Positions 16,261 to 26,517 are shown, numbered from the stretch's first letter. The stretch is DNA of 64,000 nucleotides from Candidatus Kerfeldbacteria bacterium (GCA_016214565.1 JACROE010000002.1:119654-183653); one strand, 5' to 3'. Translations and numbers: made by a program. The notes: a model not told the origin generated them from the sequence alone.

Positions 16261-16776
16261 CTAGGCGGCGACTTTTACCTTCGCCGGTTCCAATACTTTC
16301 CCGTACAAGGTATAGCCTGACTTCACTTCTTCAAAAACGACATCAGCTTTGAAACCGTCTTTCTTTTCCTTGGCCACTGCTTCGTGCATCTCAGGGTTAA
16401 ATACTTCACCGACGGTTTTGATTTCTTCAATGCCCAACTCTTTCAGAAAATCCGTGAATTGCTTTTTAATATGTGCAAGGCCGGTGATCCAATCTGACTT
16501 TTCATATTCAGTCGGGATATGGTTCCAGGCCAGTTTGAAATTATCGAAAATCGGCAATATCTGGAGTATCAGGCCGGCGTTGGCGTATTGAACCATCTCT
16601 TGTTCTTTCTTTTCCGATTCGCGCTTGAGATTGAGATAATCTGCTTTCGCCCGTTTCCAGCCGTTCATGTATTCTTCCATTTTTTCATGCGCGAGTTTGA
16701 GCTCGGCAGAAATCTTTTCCAAATCATGATGGATCGGTGTTGGCTGCTGCTCTTCTGTTTTTTTATGATCGTGCAT
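16261..16776 (-). CDS. grpE: Nucleotide exchange factor GrpE
   Basis: RAKADYLN, F.P..HEAV, GY.L.G.VL.PA.V.V motifs. Confidence 0.97.
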   Translation of the reverse strand: MHDHKKTEEQQPTPIHHDLEKISAELKLAHEKMEEYMNGWKRAKADYLNLKRESEKKEQEMVQYANAGLILQILPIFDNFKLAWNHIPTEYEKSDWITGLAHIKKQFTDFLKELGIEEIKTVGEVFNPEMHEAVAKEKKDGFKADVVFEEVKSGYTLYGKVLEPAKVKVAA

Positions 16777-16782
16777 AGTATG

Positions 16783-17490
16783 TTACGCGGTTGAAAATAA
16801 TTTCTTTGTATAATTAACCAGGGCAAAGGCGTCTTCATAATCCATCCGCATCGGTCCGAGTACGCCGATCAAGCCGGGCTCGGTGCCTTTCAGCTGATAC
16901 GGACTAAATATCGTACTGCATTCTTTGCCAAATGGATTTTCTGATCCCACGAGAATGCGCGGGGTGTCAGTCACTTTCACGAAGAGCTCCGCAATCACGT
17001 CATCCAAATGATCCACAATCGCTGACAAATGCCGCACCATATCAATGTCCGCAAATTCCGGGTGGCTGAATAAATTTGATAAACCAGTATAGTAGACGTT
17101 GTCGCGAGAAAAGCCGACAAAAACCGCGTTCTGTGATATTTCGGCAAGCGTGCGTGCGACATTCTTAACGCAAACCTGTGTATTTGCTTGGTTTTGTTTG
17201 TTAAGCGCCTTCTCCAGCAGCGTCATCTGTGGCGCAGCAGGCTGCTTTTCTACGAGGAAATTCTCAATGTAGTACTGCCAGCCCTTTTCCGTGGGGATGC
17301 GGCCAGCAGAGGTGTGAGGCTGAAAAATCAGGCCTTCTGACTCTAGGTCAGCCATTTCATTCCGAACGGTAGCCGATGATAATTCGAGTTGATACTTATC
17401 CACAAGAGCCTGAGAAGCAACGGGTTTTCCATTTCCATGGACGTGCTCCTTGATAATTGCGCTAAGTATAGCTCTTTTTCGTTCCTTCAT
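16783..17490 (-). CDS. hrcA: Heat-inducible repressor HrcA (short form)
   Basis: SSATVRNEMA.LE..G...QPHTSAGRIPT, GVLGPMRMDY. Confidence 0.96.
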   Translation of the reverse strand: MKERKRAILSAIIKEHVHGNGKPVASQALVDKYQLELSSATVRNEMADLESEGLIFQPHTSAGRIPTEKGWQYYIENFLVEKQPAAPQMTLLEKALNKQNQANTQVCVKNVARTLAEISQNAVFVGFSRDNVYYTGLSNLFSHPEFADIDMVRHLSAIVDHLDDVIAELFVKVTDTPRILVGSENPFGKECSTIFSPYQLKGTEPGLIGVLGPMRMDYEDAFALVNYTKKLFSTA

Positions 17491-17517
17491 ATGCTACGCA
17501 GAGGTATTATAAATCAT

Positions 17518-17544
17518 TTAGCACTCTCACGTCAAGAGTGCTAA
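17518..17544. promoter_or_regulatory. CIRCE operator overlapping the hrcA promoter
   Basis: Perfect TTAGCACTC-N9-GAGTGCTAA; minus-strand TTGACG in its spacer, N18, TATAAT. Confidence 0.97.
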
Positions 17545-17567
17545 AGTCGTTCTTTATTACTTCTAGA

Positions 17568-18431
17568 CTAAAGAAAACGGAATGTCTCAATAATTTTATC
17601 CATTCCCTGAAGCAATGCTGACTCTTCCTCAGTAAGGTTATTTCTGTTTATCAACCTTCGCAATTCAGAATCGGTTACACTATCCCAAGCTTGGGTGTCA
17701 TTACTCGTGCAGTCCCATCCCCCATCGGTAAATAATATTGAACTGATAATAAGTCCTTTATAAATCGAATGATCAATGTTCAGCCAACTCTCTCTGATAA
17801 ACATGGGTGAACACTCAGGAGCATCAAAACGTAGTCTATCAAAGGTATTCTGACCTGCCACAGTCTTATTGACGCAGTACGAATAATCCTCAATAACACC
17901 GGGAGTCGAACATTCTTGAGCTAAATTCGCCCCACCATTATATGAGGTAAGTGCAACAAAATCTCGATAATCACTTGAGGATAATCGTATGTTTGGTTTT
18001 GTTGAGTTCTCAAATGTAATATTAACCCCCTGCCCCTCATAATAACTCCGTTCGTCATTTCTATAATCATTATTTGTCACCTTAACGACACCCCAGTTAT
18101 TCGGATATTGAAAACTAATCCCATACTCCTCATTCTCATACGTCAGCCAATCCGACGTATCTACTGTGGTAATATCGGCATTCGTATTGATATTCGAATT
18201 TGCGTTGAGATTTAGATTGACGTTCACATTCTCTATGAATGTCTTGCCATTGATGGTGCACTGCCCAGGATAAATAGCTAAAACCTGACCGACAGCTTTC
18301 GCGCATTCCTCAAAACTATCAACGGAATCGTATTGATGCTGATTAAAATACCATGCAGTGCTAACCATCAAAACCGCCACCAGGGAAATGGCGATAACGA
18401 CGACGATGGCGATAAAACCGCGATTGAGCAT
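17568..18431 (-). CDS. Surface protein with prepilin-like N-terminus and PsbP-like domain
   Basis: MLNRG/FIAIVVV; Asn-rich linker; W.TY.N..YG.SF.YP..W motif. Confidence 0.8.
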   Translation of the reverse strand: MLNRGFIAIVVVIAISLVAVLMVSTAWYFNQHQYDSVDSFEECAKAVGQVLAIYPGQCTINGKTFIENVNVNLNLNANSNINTNADITTVDTSDWLTYENEEYGISFQYPNNWGVVKVTNNDYRNDERSYYEGQGVNITFENSTKPNIRLSSSDYRDFVALTSYNGGANLAQECSTPGVIEDYSYCVNKTVAGQNTFDRLRFDAPECSPMFIRESWLNIDHSIYKGLIISSILFTDGGWDCTSNDTQAWDSVTDSELRRLINRNNLTEEESALLQGMDKIIETFRFL

Positions 18432-18439
18432 TGTAAGCC

Positions 18440-20065
18440 TTACTTAAGAAATGGGAACTGAATGGTATCCCTTATTTCCAAATAAACACCCAGCAAATCA
18501 TCATAGAACTCAAAATTTGTATAATAAACTATCATTTGATCATCAAAAATTGGAAAACATGTATAAGCAGCAACATCTGTTGTGCCATTATTTCCAATCA
18601 AATATTCCGCTTCAATCCCCGACACACTAATAGTTTCAGTGGTTGACAGACTTTTTACTGATACATTTGCCCAAGCAATTGCTTTGCATTGGTCAAAAAG
18701 TGGCGATGATAAATCATAAGGCTTTACAATGAACTCAATTTGGCGCGCATGATTCTTCTTCAAATTTTCAGTATCGCCTAAGAAAATTCGCGTATCTCTC
18801 CCTATTTGCCAGCTTGCTGGATGATAGAAATTAATGATTACTGACCTGAAATCAGAATAATATTGATCCCAATCCTTATATTGGGGGATAGATGCCGCAT
18901 ACCCAGGTGTCATAACGGTAATGCTCTCGGCTATGCGTAAAAATATTTGCTCGAGTTGTTGATGATTTTCAACATTTGCCCAGCCATCCAACATAAACCA
19001 CCTTCCATCTTTTATAAATCCAATTTGCGTATGATAGGATTCCCGCTTCGCAATACTCCACTTATCTAACGCTACATAACCATTAACGCCGGAAATGACG
19101 CCCTGACTTTGAAATGTCTCTGGATCCCACCACGTTGAAGGTGGTTCAAACTCCCAAGCTTCAATACCAACTGACATTCCTTGCTTGGTAATATGACTAC
19201 TCCACGGACTGGTACCATCGTCTCCAACAACTAAATCAGAACTTTGCGCTACCTTTCTATCATATGAATAGATGTGAGTTGACCCGGCTTCGAGGGTCCA
19301 ATTGCCAGGATATTCGTATGAATATTCACCTCCGGCGGAAATATATTTCTGCCAGGTGCCATTCAATGCTTCATCAATTAGTTCTTGACTCTCACGGTAG
19401 CTGGTTGATCCAGCGGCGGTATTTATTTTTTCATTCGTGTTGAGTGGCTGAGTTGCTTCGTTAACCAGTACCGAAGGCTTAATTTCTGAATAAACTTCAA
19501 ACCGATAAATAACATCCTCTTCCTCTTGTAGCGAAGTATTTGCCGTAACCACGGTAAAAATGTTACCACGGGGTATCAGATAATAATGCCTCATTGTCGT
19601 CCCCACTTCGACACTCGCATGTCGGCCGATAATATGGCCAACCTGGAACTCCTCCCAGGAGGAAATATCAATACTTTCAGACTCATACAAATAGTCTTTC
19701 AATTCACTCTCGCTCAGATTTGCTTGATCAACGATGATATACATAAATCCATCCGCCTGCTTGACCCCAATACTATTAATCACGTTACCAAGAAACATAC
19801 TACTACGATTATCAGAATAATCTTTGATAGCTAACTCTTTGGGATAATAAAACCGATATCCAAATGTATCATTCTGATATATGGCATAATCAACTTTTTC
19901 TGCCTCTGGTATCACTATAGTTGAGTCCTTGATGTTCGGCTGGACTGCCACAACTTCGATATCCCTACTCCCCCGCTCAGTGACCACTGCCACGGTCAGC
20001 ATTAAGATGGAAATCAAAGAAATGGCGATAACAGCCACGATGTGAACAAAGCCTCGCTGATTCAT
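18440..20065 (-). CDS. Surface protein with prepilin-like N-terminus and three PsbP-like domains
   Basis: MNQRG/FVHIVAV; three W/Y..Y....Y.F.YP..W-type motifs. Confidence 0.8.
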   Translation of the reverse strand: MNQRGFVHIVAVIAISLISILMLTVAVVTERGSRDIEVVAVQPNIKDSTIVIPEAEKVDYAIYQNDTFGYRFYYPKELAIKDYSDNRSSMFLGNVINSIGVKQADGFMYIIVDQANLSESELKDYLYESESIDISSWEEFQVGHIIGRHASVEVGTTMRHYYLIPRGNIFTVVTANTSLQEEEDVIYRFEVYSEIKPSVLVNEATQPLNTNEKINTAAGSTSYRESQELIDEALNGTWQKYISAGGEYSYEYPGNWTLEAGSTHIYSYDRKVAQSSDLVVGDDGTSPWSSHITKQGMSVGIEAWEFEPPSTWWDPETFQSQGVISGVNGYVALDKWSIAKRESYHTQIGFIKDGRWFMLDGWANVENHQQLEQIFLRIAESITVMTPGYAASIPQYKDWDQYYSDFRSVIINFYHPASWQIGRDTRIFLGDTENLKKNHARQIEFIVKPYDLSSPLFDQCKAIAWANVSVKSLSTTETISVSGIEAEYLIGNNGTTDVAAYTCFPIFDDQMIVYYTNFEFYDDLLGVYLEIRDTIQFPFLK

Positions 20066-20094
20066 ATATTTGTATTAGTGATTACCCTCTTATG

Positions 20095-20961
20095 TTACCA
20101 AAAATATGCCGTGATGTAACTAGTGACGGCCGGGATTGAGGTATCACCGGTCACGTCCACCGTATCCAGGGAATCCAATATTTGTACGTGGCCAACTCGG
20201 CGCTCATGGAGGTAATGGAAAAGTACCGACAAACTGGCCGGCGAATCAACATAGATACCTTTGGTCGTCTCCGGATCCATAGTTTTCAGCAGTTCAATGC
20301 TGGCCGCGTTCTGCAGCATAGCCTGCCGATGATTTACATTGTGCGCGAAATCCACGCTGACTAGCACCAGACTATTTTCCGGCAACCGCTGCGCCAGCCA
20401 ATCCCCCAGCTGTGTCAGCTCCTCCGCTGACGTATGCTGCTGGATAGTAATCGGTACGATACTGGCTCGAGGGAAACTGCGACGGATAAAAGCCACTTCA
20501 GAAGTGATGGAATGCTCCACGTCAAAGAGCGACTCATCAATCGTAACCACGCCATCGGCTGCCATCGATTCTATGATGGGCGTGTGCGGATATAATATCC
20601 CGTAAGGCGTGTACCAACTGCCCACCGAGGTGGCGATATGGTAATCACTGCGATTTAAATGGTCAGGTCCGATGAGCACAATGACTTCCGGGGATTGGAC
20701 TGATTCAATCCCCTGAAAAAATTCCGCGATCACATGTGAGGCGATCAAATGATGCGGGATAATGCCGCCGCGAACCATCCCCTCTGGCGCAGGTGGCGTA
20801 TTACGCGTATACGCCAGATCAAAGAATTCTTGCTCCACGAAGAATGACCGGTGCACCACGGTGGATGCTGGCCGGCCATTCACTGCATTACTAAAATATA
20901 TGGCGCTGCCGATCAGGAATAGACTGATACTAAGAATGATAACAACCTTAGCGTAACGCAC
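20095..20961 (-). CDS. Memo-like (AmmeMemoRadiSam protein B family) protein with signal anchor
   Basis: GGIIPHH, LIGPDH, EHS, SVDFAH motifs; probable GTG start at 20961 (ORF extends to 21021). Confidence 0.85.
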   Translation of the reverse strand: MRYAKVVIILSISLFLIGSAIYFSNAVNGRPASTVVHRSFFVEQEFFDLAYTRNTPPAPEGMVRGGIIPHHLIASHVIAEFFQGIESVQSPEVIVLIGPDHLNRSDYHIATSVGSWYTPYGILYPHTPIIESMAADGVVTIDESLFDVEHSITSEVAFIRRSFPRASIVPITIQQHTSAEELTQLGDWLAQRLPENSLVLVSVDFAHNVNHRQAMLQNAASIELLKTMDPETTKGIYVDSPASLSVLFHYLHERRVGHVQILDSLDTVDVTGDTSIPAVTSYITAYFW

Positions 20962-23191
20962 CGCCCCATTCGACAACAGTAAATCCATCGCGTGCTGGCG
21001 TCCGTATTTCCAGCGGCTCAACGGTAATCGGTTTGTCCAGGCCCTGATAATCCATGAAGACGCGGATAACGCTGTCTGGCCGCGGTGACACAGTCAGTGG
21101 CGCCAGGGTGTCGAAGACCGCCTGGTCAACGAAGGTCACGAAGTAGTACGGCTGCTGCTGCATGCGGGGCACCCAGAACTTTATGAAGTCAGCTGATTCT
21201 TTTTCATTCAATCCGAGCAAGGCTAATTTCTCCTCAAGGAATGACCCAACATCCGCTCGCGCTACCACGAAGCCTTTTTCTGGCGTGACGTAATTAATCC
21301 CCTTTCCTTCCCAGAAGAGATAGGGATAAGTGAGGCCGTCAGCGTAATCTAACGTGCCATCAGGATGCGCAATCACGTTCCATCCACCCACGGGATATAA
21401 TGGATCAGTGATGGAGAACCCGCCATTGGGATCAACTTGCACATTCACCTCCATCGTGGACTGCGGGTACAGGTAAATCACGGGTTTGCCACACTCGACG
21501 GCTGGTAAATAAGTTACCCGAGTAAACCGCACCCAGTGATCCAACGGGTCTTTCCAGAAGAACATCGGACGGTCGGCCACGAAATCATCATAGTCCATCT
21601 TTTCTTCCTGGTAGGGGGCGTAATACATATCATACGCGGACTTCAGTATTTGAGCATCGGTATCCTTAAACGTATATACCTTGTCCCCTGATGACGTCGT
21701 GCCCATCACTTTCAGCGCGCTGATGCCGCCTAATTCTTCCTCGGTATACATGGCGTGGCACGAGGTGGAGCCGCACCCGCCGGCTGGCTCACTGAAAGTG
21801 TACTCATCGTCATTGGTCGTGCCGTCGCTCCAGGTAATCGCGGGGACGGACTGATTTGTTCCAACAGAATATTCGCGTTCCGTAAAATCACGGATGAAAT
21901 CAAGTTTGAGATGATACAGCTTCACCGTGCCATCATCGCGCACGATCAGGTAGCAATCGTCCGCCGGGTCAAAGAATACCGAACCCAAATCGTCATCTTT
22001 AAACGCTTCGCGGGCCTCGGCATGATCAGTATAAAATTCGTTAGTATCAAAAGCTTCAGCTACCAAATCAACATCGCTATTGGGGATATCGATCTCTTCT
22101 GGCGTCACCAGATCGGGAATGGTCGAGCCAATATCATAAGTGAATTTTGAACCGAGATATGACAGATTGTCTGAATATTTCTCGAGGTAGACAAACGTCT
22201 TAGCCGTCTCGTCAAATACCACTCGATACAGATTTGGATAGAATGCCGGACCCTCAGGCCACTCGAGAATAACGACGAGCGCGTCTCCCTCGTACCGGCC
22301 ATTAGTGATTTGCCCCACGTCATAGTAGAATCGCCGGGTATACAGTGACCCGCTGCTGGTTATAACTGGATCAATCAGATTTAATTCTAGTGGTGACTCG
22401 CGCCAAATCACTTCGAGCTCATATCCTTGGCTAGCGGCAATGGCGGTGGTCTTGGTTTCAGCAGGTATGGTAATCAAGGGTAGTGGATCGATGAACCGGA
22501 AACTTTTCCAAATAGTATTGATTGTTCCGCTAACCAGCGCTAGATCGGGCGCATAACCATGAAAAGCAAATTCATACACCCGCTCATCGCCGGCGATAAA
22601 CGCCCAGACCGTCGTGTAGTCGCTGGTATTTTGGGATACGTCCAGCACGATAATCTCGCCTTCAGTACCCTCTATCGTTTTTGGTTCATTGAAGACATAT
22701 TCATCCGCGAATGTCTCTTGATATTTGCTCACCCACGTTGCCAGACTGTCATTGCTCGCATTCTTATGATAGATGACATCTCCGCTGACCCTACTCTCAC
22801 CCTGCGCAATACCATTGACCCATAATAAATAATCATTGTCATTGACGCCCATACTGGAGGAGCCATCATCCCAATCGCTGGGAATATCGATGGCGATTCC
22901 GTGATCAGCCTTCTGATAGGTAATCGTCTGCCAACCGTCAGCCGCCGCAGTGGTGGTCGTATCATGAGGCGCAATATTCACCGGCTCAAGATCAACCACA
23001 TAATTTGCATTATCCGCTAAATACGGATCCTGTGACTGGGGGCCATTGGTTATCGTTATGTTCTGCGATCCACCGTCATTATCCTCAGTATCATTGTACT
23101 CTACGTACCAGGCCGCACCCACCATGACGATTGCTACCAGGACAATGGCAATAACCGGAACAAAATAGACAAAGCCCCGTTGATCTTTCAT
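20948..23191 (-). CDS. Large surface protein: prepilin-like N-terminus, PsbP-like domain, C-terminal KPVIYLYP domain
   Basis: MKDQRG/FVYFVPV; CGKPVIYLYP...YPYLFWEG...DFIKFW...RVFM...VEWGG. Confidence 0.85.
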   Translation of the reverse strand: MKDQRGFVYFVPVIAIVLVAIVMVGAAWYVEYNDTEDNDGGSQNITITNGPQSQDPYLADNANYVVDLEPVNIAPHDTTTTAAADGWQTITYQKADHGIAIDIPSDWDDGSSSMGVNDNDYLLWVNGIAQGESRVSGDVIYHKNASNDSLATWVSKYQETFADEYVFNEPKTIEGTEGEIIVLDVSQNTSDYTTVWAFIAGDERVYEFAFHGYAPDLALVSGTINTIWKSFRFIDPLPLITIPAETKTTAIAASQGYELEVIWRESPLELNLIDPVITSSGSLYTRRFYYDVGQITNGRYEGDALVVILEWPEGPAFYPNLYRVVFDETAKTFVYLEKYSDNLSYLGSKFTYDIGSTIPDLVTPEEIDIPNSDVDLVAEAFDTNEFYTDHAEAREAFKDDDLGSVFFDPADDCYLIVRDDGTVKLYHLKLDFIRDFTEREYSVGTNQSVPAITWSDGTTNDDEYTFSEPAGGCGSTSCHAMYTEEELGGISALKVMGTTSSGDKVYTFKDTDAQILKSAYDMYYAPYQEEKMDYDDFVADRPMFFWKDPLDHWVRFTRVTYLPAVECGKPVIYLYPQSTMEVNVQVDPNGGFSITDPLYPVGGWNVIAHPDGTLDYADGLTYPYLFWEGKGINYVTPEKGFVVARADVGSFLEEKLALLGLNEKESADFIKFWVPRMQQQPYYFVTFVDQAVFDTLAPLTVSPRPDSVIRVFMDYQGLDKPITVEPLEIRTPARDGFTVVEWGGALR

Positions 23192-23209
23192 ATAATAATT
23201 ATTCAGTAA

Positions 23210-23815
23210 TTAAATATCACTAAAAACTTTTTGGCAAAAACCACTGACACAGGCTGCGGTGTAATCCTCATTGTCATTGTCAGGGCATTGCGGTGGCGAA
23301 TATTGCGGGCAGAGCACGGCCGCGCATGCCCCGGTGGCTATCTCAGCGAGCGCTTCATAGGCCGCGCCGCTGACCGCCATATAATCATCACTTGAGTAAT
23401 CAGTGCACGTCGGCGCAGCACAGCAGTCGCTTGAATCATGCGTCACATCCACCAAACGGCAACCCGTATCGCTGGTACACTGAGTCGAGGCCTCACCGTT
23501 TGCAGTCGTGACCATAGTCGCGCTATTGGTATTCGCATTAGTATTTGACAATGTCGGATACTCGCAGTCCGCCGGGCAATAATGCGTTATACACGGCTGG
23601 CACAGAGCTTCGTCAGTGCACTCGCTCGGTACGCATGTCTGCTCTGTTACCGAACAAATGTCATCACCACAAACAACCGTACTGACCACCTCGGATCCGT
23701 CACCCGGCTCAAAAAGATAACTGAACAGTACGGCATTTAACGCTACCAGCGTGATGAATACCAAGGCAAGCCACGTGATGACGTGCCGTTTATGATGCTG
23801 ATCCCCCGTCGTCAT
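23210..23815 (-). CDS. Membrane-anchored cysteine-rich protein
   Basis: TM helix, 18 Cys in two clusters separated by an NTNANTN linker. Confidence 0.8.
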   Translation of the reverse strand: MTTGDQHHKRHVITWLALVFITLVALNAVLFSYLFEPGDGSEVVSTVVCGDDICSVTEQTCVPSECTDEALCQPCITHYCPADCEYPTLSNTNANTNSATMVTTANGEASTQCTSDTGCRLVDVTHDSSDCCAAPTCTDYSSDDYMAVSGAAYEALAEIATGACAAVLCPQYSPPQCPDNDNEDYTAACVSGFCQKVFSDI

Positions 23816-23830
23816 ACAAAAATTATAATA

Positions 23831-24370
23831 TTAATCGCCGACGTACGTTTCGGCAGCCACATACACGTTCCAAGTGGCTTTCCCACCAGGTACGTAGACT
23901 GATGCCCCAGCTGCTCCCGTCATCTGCGCGGTTTCAATGACCACGGTGTACGCCTGGACTGTGTCACCATCTATGGTTCTAGCCTCAGCAAACGTGTACG
24001 TCGCAGTTTTCGCGTCTTCACTGAAGGAAATGGTGGCCGGCACCTTCTCCTCAACCCCCTGTAGTACATAGAAATTTTCCTGGCTGATCGTCGTCGAATC
24101 AATCGGTTCGCTAAACGTAATCGTAACCGCCGATAACTCGTCCACCGTGCTACCTGCCTGCGGCGTCGCATCCACCAGGGCAATATCAGACCGGCGATTA
24201 GCATTCACCGTATTGGCGTTACCATTGACCGTCGGTGCTTCTGCCGGACTGACAAACACCACATAAAAAGCAATGATAAAACCAATAACCACAATGGTAC
24301 CGACGCCAAGCCATAATTTGAGTTTAGCCTGACGGACTGGATCCGGTGCTGGTTTCGTATTCATAGCCAT
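23831..24370 (-). CDS. Membrane-anchored Ig-like (Big_5/CopC-like) protein
   Basis: TM, then P..G..V......I.FSEPID..TI motif; start chosen 6 nt after TATACT. Confidence 0.8.
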   Translation of the reverse strand: MAMNTKPAPDPVRQAKLKLWLGVGTIVVIGFIIAFYVVFVSPAEAPTVNGNANTVNANRRSDIALVDATPQAGSTVDELSAVTITFSEPIDSTTISQENFYVLQGVEEKVPATISFSEDAKTATYTFAEARTIDGDTVQAYTVVIETAQMTGAAGASVYVPGGKATWNVYVAAETYVGD

Positions 24371-24432
24371 GCTCATAGTATACCAAAAACCGCGCGGCAA
24401 CGCACCACGCGATTTCCTGCAATATAAAAACC

Positions 24433-25248
24433 CTACTCAGCTCGATTGAAGCTCCAGAATGCCAAAATGAACATAACCATACCAAAAGCAATAATAATAC
24501 CCATATCCATGCTAGCACTGTGGTTGATGATGCTATCCCGCAGCTGCTGCGGTGCGTCGCTAAAGACGATATTGCGCAAACCGTCCACGGCATAGGTCAA
24601 TGGATTCACCGTAGACAAAATCTCCATCCATTTCGGCACATTGGTCAGTGAAAAAAATGCGCCGGACAGAAACATCATGGGGAAAAAAAGAAACTGGAAA
24701 ACGAATTGGAAACCTTCGGCATTGCGCATGCGCGAAGCGATGAAGAGCCCCAATGCCGTCACGGCAAACGATAAGAGGAAGGAAAAGAAAAGAATGCCGG
24801 GAATGGTTGACCAAACGATTTCTAGCCCGAAGATCGGCGACAACACAATCAAGAGAATTGCTTGAAATAAACCAATCACAATGCCGGACAAAATCTTTCC
24901 AAACATTATTGATGCGCGCGAGACCGGTGCCACCAATATTTCTTTGAGGAATCCAAATTCTCGGTCAGTCACGATGGAGATGGAGGTATTGAGAGCCACG
25001 CCAAGCGTCGTCGTAGCAATAATCCCAGGAAACATAAATTGAACAAAATTAAAGCCAACCCCCGGCCCCCCACTCATATTGAGAGTTGCCTCAAGCCCAA
25101 CGCCAAAAATGCCAAGAAAGATTACCGGCTGCATCACCGAGCCAATGATACGCGCCTTATCTCGAAAAAAGCGCAGGATGTCACGGATAAAAATATTTCT
25201 CACCGAGCGGAGTTCAAGCGCAAAACCGGTTGTATAGTTTGTATGCAT
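24433..25248 (-). CDS. ABC-2 type transporter permease (DrrB-like)
   Basis: DREFGFLKEILVAP, FLSGAFF, NPLTYAVDGLR. Confidence 0.93.
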   Translation of the reverse strand: MHTNYTTGFALELRSVRNIFIRDILRFFRDKARIIGSVMQPVIFLGIFGVGLEATLNMSGGPGVGFNFVQFMFPGIIATTTLGVALNTSISIVTDREFGFLKEILVAPVSRASIMFGKILSGIVIGLFQAILLIVLSPIFGLEIVWSTIPGILFFSFLLSFAVTALGLFIASRMRNAEGFQFVFQFLFFPMMFLSGAFFSLTNVPKWMEILSTVNPLTYAVDGLRNIVFSDAPQQLRDSIINHSASMDMGIIIAFGMVMFILAFWSFNRAE

Positions 25249-25252
25249 AGTA

Positions 25253-26242
25253 TTAACGTCTAAATCCTCTGGTTCTTAAAAATCGTTTCGATTTTTCAGC
25301 AGCACTCGGCGCTTCATCCCGAATTTTTGAACCAGTGAGTTTGATAAACACATCATCCAAGGTCGGCTGTTGAAGCGCAATGCTCAATACTTTCTGCGGC
25401 AACTCACGCACCAATTTTGGCAATACCTCATTGCCATCTTTAACCACCGCAACTACCTGGTCATCTTCGATCCGCACATTTTCTGAAAAATGCGCCTTAG
25501 TATAATCCAATGCCGCAGCGTTATCATCTGTTTTCAAACTAATGATATCTCCGCCTACGCCTTCTTTCAGCTGAGTGGGGGTATCCAACGCTACGATCGT
25601 ACCATGGTCAATCACGGCGATCCGATCGCAATACTCCGCCTCATTGAGATAATGGGTGGTCATAAAGAGGGTAATTCGCTCCTGTTTGGCAATTTTCAAT
25701 ATGTACTGCCACATAGTGGCACGGGTTTGGGGATCGAGGCCGATCGTCGGCTCATCGAGGAATAATATTTTCGGATAATGCAGCATGCCACGCACGATTT
25801 CTAAGCGACGTTTCATCCCGCCCGAAAAATCGCGCACCGGTTTCTTTGCCCGATCTTTCAAATCAACTAATTCGAGTAGCTCATCCACTCGGGGTTTATA
25901 AATACTGGAGGGTACTCCATAAAATTCCGCATGGAACCGTAGATTTTCATACGCGCTTAATTCTTCGTCCAAAGTAGGCTCCTGGAACACCATGCCGATG
26001 GATTTCCTGACAGCGATCCGATCAGTCTTGACCGAGTACCCGGCAATGCGGGCCTCACCGCTGGTTGGTTTCAGTAACGTAGAGAGCATCTTTATCGTCG
26101 TCGTCTTCCCTGCGCCATTGGGGCCAAGAAAACCAAATACCTCCCCCTCTTTCACCGTGAAACTAACCCCCTTCACTGCTTGGAAATCCCCAAAAAATCG
26201 AACCAAGTCGCTTACTTCAATAATTGTATTCGCTTCATTCAT
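25253..26242 (-). CDS. ABC transporter ATP-binding protein (DrrA-like)
   Basis: Walker A GPNGAGKT, FSGGMKRR, LDEPT. Confidence 0.95.
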   Translation of the reverse strand: MNEANTIIEVSDLVRFFGDFQAVKGVSFTVKEGEVFGFLGPNGAGKTTTIKMLSTLLKPTSGEARIAGYSVKTDRIAVRKSIGMVFQEPTLDEELSAYENLRFHAEFYGVPSSIYKPRVDELLELVDLKDRAKKPVRDFSGGMKRRLEIVRGMLHYPKILFLDEPTIGLDPQTRATMWQYILKIAKQERITLFMTTHYLNEAEYCDRIAVIDHGTIVALDTPTQLKEGVGGDIISLKTDDNAAALDYTKAHFSENVRIEDDQVVAVVKDGNEVLPKLVRELPQKVLSIALQQPTLDDVFIKLTGSKIRDEAPSAAEKSKRFLRTRGFRR

Positions 26243-26514
26243 GATTTCTTTTTAGTAATTTTCTTTAATTGTTTAACTGACGCTTGCGCCTGCTTCAAAT
26301 GTGATTCGAATAGGGTAATCATTGAACCGGCGTCCTGCTCGCGGATGAGACCAATGATTGAATTATGTTTCGTGAAAACAATCAATGAATCCCCTGGCTT
26401 AATTCCCAATTGTTTGCGCAGTTTCGCTGGTATAACAATCTGCCCCTGGCTGGCAACGGTGACCGAACCGTGGATTTCAGGGCTGATGTGATGAGTAAGT
26501 GGATGGGTAACCAT
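26239..26514 (-). CDS. AbrB/MazE/SpoVT-family DNA-binding protein
   Basis: V...GQIVIP..LR..LGI.PGD motif. Confidence 0.9.
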   Translation of the reverse strand: MVTHPLTHHISPEIHGSVTVASQGQIVIPAKLRKQLGIKPGDSLIVFTKHNSIIGLIREQDAGSMITLFESHLKQAQASVKQLKKITKKKS

Positions 26515-26517
26515 CGG

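Noticed and set aside
17568-23191. Diversity-generating retroelement acting on the surface proteins
   Set aside because: No reverse transcriptase and no template/variable repeat pair differing at adenines was found by eye.
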